NCBI RefSeq assembly: GCF_900083515.1 | Contig: NZ_LT671858.1 | Span: forward strand, 180,001-212,000 | DNA length: 32,000 nucleotides | DNA from: Cuniculiplasma divulgatum | GTDB taxonomy: Archaea > Thermoplasmatota > Thermoplasmata > Thermoplasmatales > Thermoplasmataceae | Direction of reading: 5' to 3' | Shown: piece by piece, positions 26,218 through 32,000 of the stretch | Layout of the letters: the number at the start of each line of letters is the position of its first letter | How positions within the stretch are numbered: position 1 is the first letter of the stretch | The notes under the pieces: model-generated | The model's input: the letters and a program-made list of their open reading frames with translations, nothing else | Databases searched by the model: none | What the model was told of the DNA's origin: nothing | Made by a program: the position numbers and the translations under genes

Positions 26218-28330
26218 TTTGAGTGGAAAAATTGTAATCAACTGTGCGTTACCCTATGCCAACAGTTCCATTCATATTGGTCATCTTGCAGGGGCATACC
26301 TGCCTGGGGACATATTTCATAGATTCATAAAGATGTCAGGGAGGGATAGCATCTTTATCTGTGGAACGGATGAATATGGAACACCCATAGCACTGAAGGC
26401 CGAAAAAGAGAAAAAAACACCAGAAGAGATAGTCAATAAGTATTATGCTGAATTTGTAGAAACGTTCAGCAACGTTGATATAAAATTTGATTACTTTGGG
26501 AGAACAACAAGCAAAACTCATGAAACGTTTGTACAGGATTTCTTTGAGGATCTTGAAAAAAAGGGTTATTTGGAAAGAAGAATGATGGAATCTGCATACT
26601 GTCCAAGGGAAAAGAGGTTTCTCCCTGACAGGTATGTCAATGGGAAATGCCCAAGGTGTGGATATGAATATGCCAGAGGGGATCAGTGTGATGAATGTGG
26701 GAGGACTAATGATCCAAGAGATCTCATAAATCCTACCTGTGCCATCTGTGGTGGACCGGCAGAATTCAGGGAGACAGCTCATATATTCTTCAAGATATCT
26801 GAGTTTTCAGATTTTCTCAAAGAGTGGCTGCAATCCAAGAATGAATGGCGGTCAAATGTAACATCTTTCCCATTAAATATCATAGAAAGTGGTCTTAGAG
26901 ATAGGGCCATTACAAGGGATATGGAATGGGGTGTAAAGTTAAAGGAAAATGAAATGGAAGGTAAGAGGATTTATGTGTGGTTCGAGGCTCTACTGGGTTA
27001 TCTTTCCAATGCTATGGAATACTCGGAACTTTCTGGAAACAGTGAGTTATGGAAAGAATATTATGATGACGGGGAAACTTATTACTTTCTGGGAAAGGAC
27101 AACATATTCTTTCATACCATATTTCTTCCAGCAATGCATAAAGCCTCTGGAAAATACCCTCTTCCCTACAGAGTCACAGGAAATGAGTACCTTAGATTCA
27201 AGGGACAGAAATTTTCAAAATCAAGGGGTATAGGGTACACAGTAAATGATGTACTGCAAATGGTTGATAAGGATTCTCTCAGATATTACATATCATCAAT
27301 CCTACCGGAAACATCCGACTCTGATTTTTCACTTGAGGAAATGAAGGAAAAGGTGAATTCAGAATTGAGTGGAAAGTATGGAAATCTTGTAAACAGGGTA
27401 GTAACCTTTGCCAAAAATAAAAACGTTCTTCCAATTAAGGGAGAGTCAGATCATTCAGACATAGAATTAATTGTACAAATGGACAAATTCAGGGAAAATT
27501 ACAGTGAACTGATGGGAAGAATAGAATTCAGAAAGGCTCTCAACCTGTGGCTCGAGAATGTGAAAGTTGTAAACACCTACTTCAACGATTCAAAGCCGTG
27601 GGATCTGATAAAAACCGACAGGAAAATGACCGAATCAAAACTATGGCACACACTTAAGGCTGTGGAATATCTAACTCTTGCCATATACCCATTCGTCCCA
27701 TCTGGGGCTGACAGGGCGTGGTTATCCATACACGGTACATCAATTGAGAACGCGTCAATGTCACATCTTGCTGAAACATGCGAATTCAAGCCATCGGAAA
27801 GTGCAATCATATTCAAGAAGCTTGAAATTGAGGAGGAACCTGAGAACCAGATGAATCTAATCGTAGGAAGGATTGTATTCGCTGAATTCCATCCGAATGC
27901 AGATTCACTGTTACATCTGAAGGTAAGCCTTGGTGATCATGAGATAGACCTCGTTGCAGGAATAAGAAATTATTATACGCTGGAGGAACTGAAAAATAAG
28001 AAAATAATAGTGGTCGAGAATCTGAAACATGCTAAAATTAGAGGTATAGAGTCTCAGGGGATGCTACTGGCAGCACAGGATTCAAAGGGTGCACATTTAC
28101 TGACAACTGACGAAAATGAGGGAACTAAAGTAACAGTTGGAGACATTCAATGTAACACTGAAAAGAAAATCGATCTTGACATCCTGAAGACTTACGAAAT
28201 GAGGGTTGACGAGATCAACGGAAAAATGGTACCAACAGCCATGATGGGAAGAAACAGGTTACACCTGATGGCAAACGGCAAGGATGTTAATATAGACGGA
28301 AATGTAGAACAAAAATCTATTATCAGATAA
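26207..28330 (+). CDS. metG: Methionyl-tRNA synthetase with C-terminal EMAPII/Trbp111-like tRNA-binding domain
   Basis: The HIGH motif is PYANSSIHIGHLAG, the zinc knuckles are CPRCG...CDECG and CAICG, and the KMSKS motif is KFSKSRG. The C-terminal OB domain is GRIVFAEFHPNADSLLHLKV. The GTG start overlaps the lysK 3' end by 11 nt (8 nt if GTG 26210 is used). Confidence 0.92.
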   Translation: MVIDLSGKIVINCALPYANSSIHIGHLAGAYLPGDIFHRFIKMSGRDSIFICGTDEYGTPIALKAEKEKKTPEEIVNKYYAEFVETFSNVDIKFDYFGRTTSKTHETFVQDFFEDLEKKGYLERRMMESAYCPREKRFLPDRYVNGKCPRCGYEYARGDQCDECGRTNDPRDLINPTCAICGGPAEFRETAHIFFKISEFSDFLKEWLQSKNEWRSNVTSFPLNIIESGLRDRAITRDMEWGVKLKENEMEGKRIYVWFEALLGYLSNAMEYSELSGNSELWKEYYDDGETYYFLGKDNIFFHTIFLPAMHKASGKYPLPYRVTGNEYLRFKGQKFSKSRGIGYTVNDVLQMVDKDSLRYYISSILPETSDSDFSLEEMKEKVNSELSGKYGNLVNRVVTFAKNKNVLPIKGESDHSDIELIVQMDKFRENYSELMGRIEFRKALNLWLENVKVVNTYFNDSKPWDLIKTDRKMTESKLWHTLKAVEYLTLAIYPFVPSGADRAWLSIHGTSIENASMSHLAETCEFKPSESAIIFKKLEIEEEPENQMNLIVGRIVFAEFHPNADSLLHLKVSLGDHEIDLVAGIRNYYTLEELKNKKIIVVENLKHAKIRGIESQGMLLAAQDSKGAHLLTTDENEGTKVTVGDIQCNTEKKIDLDILKTYEMRVDEINGKMVPTAMMGRNRLHLMANGKDVNIDGNVEQKSIIR

Positions 28331-28335
28331 AAATA

Positions 28336-28500
28336 TTATTTTATTGTTATTGGTATAACATTGTTGTCATATTCAAGTATAGCTATGTCAACAGGATCAA
28401 TCATGATCTTTGGGACGTCAATAATAACCGGGGCCCCCATTGATATCTGCAGGGATCTGGCACCTATAATTCTTGCTTTCTCAAATTTTGTGTGCTTCAT
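28336..28500 (-). CDS. rpoK: DNA-directed RNA polymerase subunit K (Rpo6)
   Basis: Hand-translated 54 aa: MKHTKFEKARIIGARSLQISMGAPVIIDVPKIMIDPVDIAILEYDNNVIPITIK. It matches the conserved RpoK core (F/YEKARIIGARALQI.MGAP...PITI). It is below the track length cutoff. The upstream in-frame stop is at 28567-28569. Confidence 0.85.
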   Translation of the reverse strand: MKHTKFEKARIIGARSLQISMGAPVIIDVPKIMIDPVDIAILEYDNNVIPITIK

Positions 28501-28521
28501 ATAAACCAGTGTGCCATCAGG

Positions 28522-28531
28522 TAATTTAAAT
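28522..28531 (-). promoter_or_regulatory. TATA-box candidate for rpoK (leaderless)
   Basis: Minus-strand ATTTAAATTA is centred about 26-27 nt upstream of the rpoK ATG (28500). Confidence 0.4.
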
Positions 28532-28637
28532 CCATATAATAGCTTTTGTCTTAAATAGGTATTGTTTCAAGTTTTCTGTTTTTAGCTGGTAGCTATGGTG
28601 GTAATAAAAACTATTAAGATATATTTCATTCAATTTC

Positions 28638-29333
28638 ATGGAATTAATCCGTCCTGCAACGATTTCTGATTCTGAGAAAATTAAAGATATAGCCTCAAGG
28701 GCTGGTTATATAGACTACATAAGTGACAATATCGAACGAATGCTTAAGGACGGAGGAATGTATGTTTATGAGTATGGAGACGTAAAAGGTTTCGCTCAGG
28801 CTGGGTTCAGGAAAATCTGCTGGATAAGTGCTATAAGGGTAGACCCAGAATACCGGAGACACGGCGTAGCTGAAAAACTGATAAGGAAGATTGAAGAGGA
28901 GGGAAAGGAAAGAAAGTGCAGGGCCTATGGAGCACTGGTTGCAGAGGATAATATAGCCTCTAGATCAATGTTCAGGAAACTTGGTTATGTGGAAATTGAA
29001 CAGTATATTTCATTTATGTGTGAGCCGCTCAGTCTAACAGAGATTCACGACTTTGATCTAAGGGAAAGGAATTATTTAATGGACTGGGAGATCTGGGATA
29101 AAAACGAAATGATAGAGAATTTTCCAGATCTAAAAGTTATGAATGATTCAAAGGGAAATGAATATGTCAAAAGTTCAGAGTCCTATCAAATGATAAAATT
29201 TGTATCAAAGCCGGATTACTCAGAAGGTGGAGCATTTCTTTCCATAAACAAGAGATTGTTGAATGATGGAATCATCAAGGAAATGAAAGACACCGATTCC
29301 TGGACATTTATATATTATGGAAAAGATATATGA
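28638..29333 (+). CDS. GNAT acetyltransferase with ~100-aa C-terminal domain of unknown function
   Basis: The N-terminal ~130 aa has the GNAT motif A region IRVDPEYRRHGVAEKLIRKIEEEG and SRSMFRKLGY. I do not recognise the C-terminal part. Confidence 0.7.
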   Translation: MELIRPATISDSEKIKDIASRAGYIDYISDNIERMLKDGGMYVYEYGDVKGFAQAGFRKICWISAIRVDPEYRRHGVAEKLIRKIEEEGKERKCRAYGALVAEDNIASRSMFRKLGYVEIEQYISFMCEPLSLTEIHDFDLRERNYLMDWEIWDKNEMIENFPDLKVMNDSKGNEYVKSSESYQMIKFVSKPDYSEGGAFLSINKRLLNDGIIKEMKDTDSWTFIYYGKDI

Positions 29334-29544
29334 GTTTTTATTTCTGTCTATCTGAACTATATTGATTATTATGCTGAAGAAATATAAAAAATAGGCCTTT
29401 GAGCGATCTTTGCAGAAATTGATAACGATCTTCTCTTTCCCTAAACCTAATTTATAGTCATATCTATTTATGGCGCCTTGCCCTAAACATTTTGAATTGA
29501 TAAGGAAGCATAAAACTTATAACCATGTTATAACATACCATCTA

Positions 29545-31491
29545 ATGGAAAATAATGAAAATGTAAATCCCACTGTATCTGGGGAAGACAAGAAACTTAA
29601 AAAAGAATTGAGTTTTGTGCAGTTACTCTTCCTTTCTGTTGGAGGGATTATAGGTTCTGGGTGGCTCTTTGGAGTAAATGCAGGAGCGGCAACTGCTGGT
29701 CCCGCAGTAACTCTTTCGTGGCTTATAGGAGGTGTGATGGTCATTTTTATCGCGCTGACTTATTCCGAGCTGGCTGCAATGATACCAAGGAGTGGTGGTA
29801 TAGTTCGATATCCACACATGACACATGGTAGTTACACAGGTTACATTTTAGGATGGGCATATCTGCTTTCGGCTGTTACAGTTCCATCCATAGAAGCAGT
29901 AGCTGCAGTAACATATATCTCAGGGCTAAAGGGTCTGGGATTCATGTCCTATTCGGGAACGACCGTACTAGGTTCCTTTACATCGCTGACAGTATATGGT
30001 GTCATAATTGCAGTTTTGCTTATGATAGGTTTCTTCTTCCTAAACTATTTCGGGATAAAATTCCTAGGAAGGTGGAATGAATATTTTGTTTATTGGAAAC
30101 TTGTCATACCAACAATAACATTTATCCTGCTGTTCTTTATGTTTCGTGCAAGCAATTTCACGGCGCTTGCTGGAGGGTTCAACGCAATTGGCACACCATT
30201 CATTTTCACTGCTATACCTGGAGCGGGTATAGTCTTCTCATATTTGGGATTCAGACAGGCACTGGATTATGGTGGTGAGGCAAAGAATCCTCAAAGAGAT
30301 ATACCAAGGGCATTGATACTTTCAGTAGTGATAGGAATAGTAGTTTATGAAATCCTTCAGTTAGTATACATTGGAGCAATAAGAGTATCAGTAGCTGATC
30401 TTACAACGTTCTCATGGTCAGGATTAACGGTTTCATCATATGCATCATCGCCCTTCTATCACGTATTTGAAACAGCTGGTATTGCAGGATTCGGGGCATG
30501 GGGCTCAGTATTGCTGGTAGATGCAGTCATATCACCATCTGGAACAGGATGGATCTACCTTGGAACATCCACAAGAACAATTTACGGACTGGCAACTGAC
30601 AGGTATTTCCCTCCTAATGTCATGAAAGTCAATAAGAAGAGCGGAGTACCCATGATACCATTGATACTCTCTACAATTATAGGAATTATATTCATAGCTC
30701 CCTTCCCGTCATGGTATATTTTAGTAGGGTTCATATCAAGCGCAACAGTCTTCACCTACATAATGGGAGGCGTCAGCCTGAGAGTGCTGAGAAACACCGC
30801 AAAAAATGTGCAGAGACCATACAAACTACCTTATAGCAAGGTTCTTTCAATTATTGCCTTCGTTAGTGCAACTTTAATAGTATACTGGTCAGGATATATC
30901 ACTTTATCAATATTGATGATGCTGATACTGGGAGGAATACCAATTTACCTGATTTACTATGGAACATATAAGCTTGGAATTTCATTAGGCAAGACAATAA
31001 CAAGTGGAATCATATACTGGATAATAATTGGAATTTCTTTCTATCTGGTATATTATGATATAATAATACCCGCCGTATCGAACATTACTGCATCAACACC
31101 AATAGCTGCTCCAGACTCAGTTTTCTACTACTTCATCGCTGTATATGTAATGATAGTAATATCAACAATTGTTCTGACTTTCCTTATCCATCACTGGGCT
31201 AAGGATGAAAACAAGAAGGAAATAAAATCAGGCTGGTGGTTAATTTATTTCGTGCTTTTCATCTTTGGGTTCTCCTATCTAGGTGCGTTTGGACCCTATG
31301 TTTCGCCTATTGCGGTAGCAGGTCAGTCATTCCCATACGTTCCCCTGCTTTTGTTCCCATACGACACATTCATAGTAATAGTAGTGGCCATAGCGTTCTT
31401 CTTCCTCGCTGTAAGATCTGGATATTCTGAAGACGATGTGCAGTCAATACTCGCAGACCAGGGAGTTCCTCTCAGTACACTGGAAGATTGA
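29545..31491 (+). CDS. APC-superfamily amino acid permease with extended multi-TM C-terminus
   Basis: The APC signature LFLSVGGIIGSGWLFG and GEAKNPQRDIP are present. About 12 core TM helices are followed by roughly 4-5 extra hydrophobic helices. ATG 29545 (MENNENV) is preferred over track ATG 29470 because TATA-like AAACTTATAA lies about 25 nt upstream of 29545. Confidence 0.8.
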   Translation: MENNENVNPTVSGEDKKLKKELSFVQLLFLSVGGIIGSGWLFGVNAGAATAGPAVTLSWLIGGVMVIFIALTYSELAAMIPRSGGIVRYPHMTHGSYTGYILGWAYLLSAVTVPSIEAVAAVTYISGLKGLGFMSYSGTTVLGSFTSLTVYGVIIAVLLMIGFFFLNYFGIKFLGRWNEYFVYWKLVIPTITFILLFFMFRASNFTALAGGFNAIGTPFIFTAIPGAGIVFSYLGFRQALDYGGEAKNPQRDIPRALILSVVIGIVVYEILQLVYIGAIRVSVADLTTFSWSGLTVSSYASSPFYHVFETAGIAGFGAWGSVLLVDAVISPSGTGWIYLGTSTRTIYGLATDRYFPPNVMKVNKKSGVPMIPLILSTIIGIIFIAPFPSWYILVGFISSATVFTYIMGGVSLRVLRNTAKNVQRPYKLPYSKVLSIIAFVSATLIVYWSGYITLSILMMLILGGIPIYLIYYGTYKLGISLGKTITSGIIYWIIIGISFYLVYYDIIIPAVSNITASTPIAAPDSVFYYFIAVYVMIVISTIVLTFLIHHWAKDENKKEIKSGWWLIYFVLFIFGFSYLGAFGPYVSPIAVAGQSFPYVPLLLFPYDTFIVIVVAIAFFFLAVRSGYSEDDVQSILADQGVPLSTLED

Positions 31492-31763
31492 AGGGAACAA
31501 TTTTTAACCAACAAATTACCATTTTTTTACATTTTTCAAAATCGTTATATACTCCGTTACTATACACAGAATTACGCACAAGCCTGAAAATAAAACCAAT
31601 ATAGGCGTATATGGTGAAAGAGAAATATCTCAACGTGATCCATTGATTCATAATTGGTTAAAGATGAAGTTGTGAATTGCTATCACAACCGAGATGAGAT
31701 AATGGTGCAAATTGTGGCTCGCCAATTTCCAAATTTAATAATAATTGTACGGCAATTGGATTA

Positions 31764-32000
31764 ACTCCGGTTGATCCTGCCGGCGGCTACTGCTATCAGG
31801 TTTCGACTAAGCCATGCGAGTCAAGGGGTCGTAAGACACCGGCGTACTGCTCAGTAACACGCGGACAATCTACCCCCAGGTGGGGGATAACCTCGGGAAA
31901 CTGAGGCTAATACCCCATAGTTGTCATGTGCTGGAATGCTTTGACGATGAAAGAATTTCGCCTGAGGATGAGTCTGCGGCCTATCAGGTAGTATGTGGTG
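31764..32000 (+). rRNA. rrs: 16S rRNA, 5' partial (runs off window end)
   Basis: ACTCCGGTTGATCCTGCCGGCGGCTACTGCTATCAG matches the universal archaeal 16S 5' end (primer 21F/A8F region). It is followed by GACTAAGCCATGCGAGTC and GGATAACCTCGGGAAACTGAGGCTAATACC, which is Thermoplasmata-like. Confidence 0.92.

Noticed and set aside
28497-28535. 12-codon minus-strand uORF (MDLNYLMAHWFI) whose TGA overlaps the rpoK ATG (ATGA)
   Set aside because: The best TATA candidate for rpoK (28522-28531) lies inside it, so it would not be on the transcript. It is too short to evaluate and is most likely coincidental.
1-32000. Search by eye for CRISPR arrays, tRNAs, IS elements or transposases, integrases, toxin-antitoxin pairs, restriction-modification or other defence genes, and C/D-box sRNAs (RUGAUGA...CUGA) in intergenic regions
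   Set aside because: None was found. All intergenic gaps longer than 150 nt are accounted for by small genes (rpoK, the zinc-ribbon ORF), divergent promoters or the 16S leader. Every large ORF has a housekeeping, metabolic or transport assignment. An exhaustive computational repeat or ncRNA scan was not possible.

Overview
This is a low-GC (~37%), gene-dense window that looks like archaeal core chromosome. The likely source is Thermoplasmatales (Ferroplasma/Picrophilus-like). That assignment is inferred from several features:
- the 5' end of a 16S rRNA gene at ~31764
- sn-glycerol-1-phosphate dehydrogenase, class I LysRS, RpoK and a two-thioredoxin-fold protein disulfide oxidoreductase
- TATA-like boxes about 25-30 nt upstream of many start codons, which implies leaderless mRNAs

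I support 32 protein genes plus a partial 16S rRNA. Almost all are housekeeping or central metabolism:
- lipid backbone synthesis (egsA)
- translation (map, lysK, metG)
- transcription (rpoK)
- nucleotide metabolism (tmk)
- TCA cycle (citrate synthase)
- beta-oxidation-type enzymes and a fused ETF
- Cys/Met PLP enzyme, glycogen debranching enzyme, two APC permeases and one ABC-2 exporter

Two real-looking genes fall under the 60-aa cutoff of the ORF track. One is rpoK (28336..28500, minus). The other is a 56-aa CPxCG zinc-ribbon protein (23311..23481, minus) sitting directly upstream of a DCC-family thiol-disulfide oxidoreductase.

I saw no CRISPR array, tRNA, transposase, integrase, toxin-antitoxin pair or recognisable defence genes. 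I cannot honestly nominate a clearly novel multi-gene system here.

The most unusual items are gene-context oddities:
- a Rieske ferredoxin overlapping (ATGA) a fused ETF beta-alpha gene
- a tight HIT / GfcR-like / lysK / metG gene string
- an SCP2 gene coupled to a fused 3-hydroxyacyl-CoA dehydrogenase/enoyl-CoA hydratase
- a zinc-ribbon N-terminus with no canonical start codon
- an isochorismatase-family protein with Gly in place of the catalytic Cys
- a few palindromes or repeats in divergent promoter regions

All functional calls come from motif recognition by eye. No database search was run.
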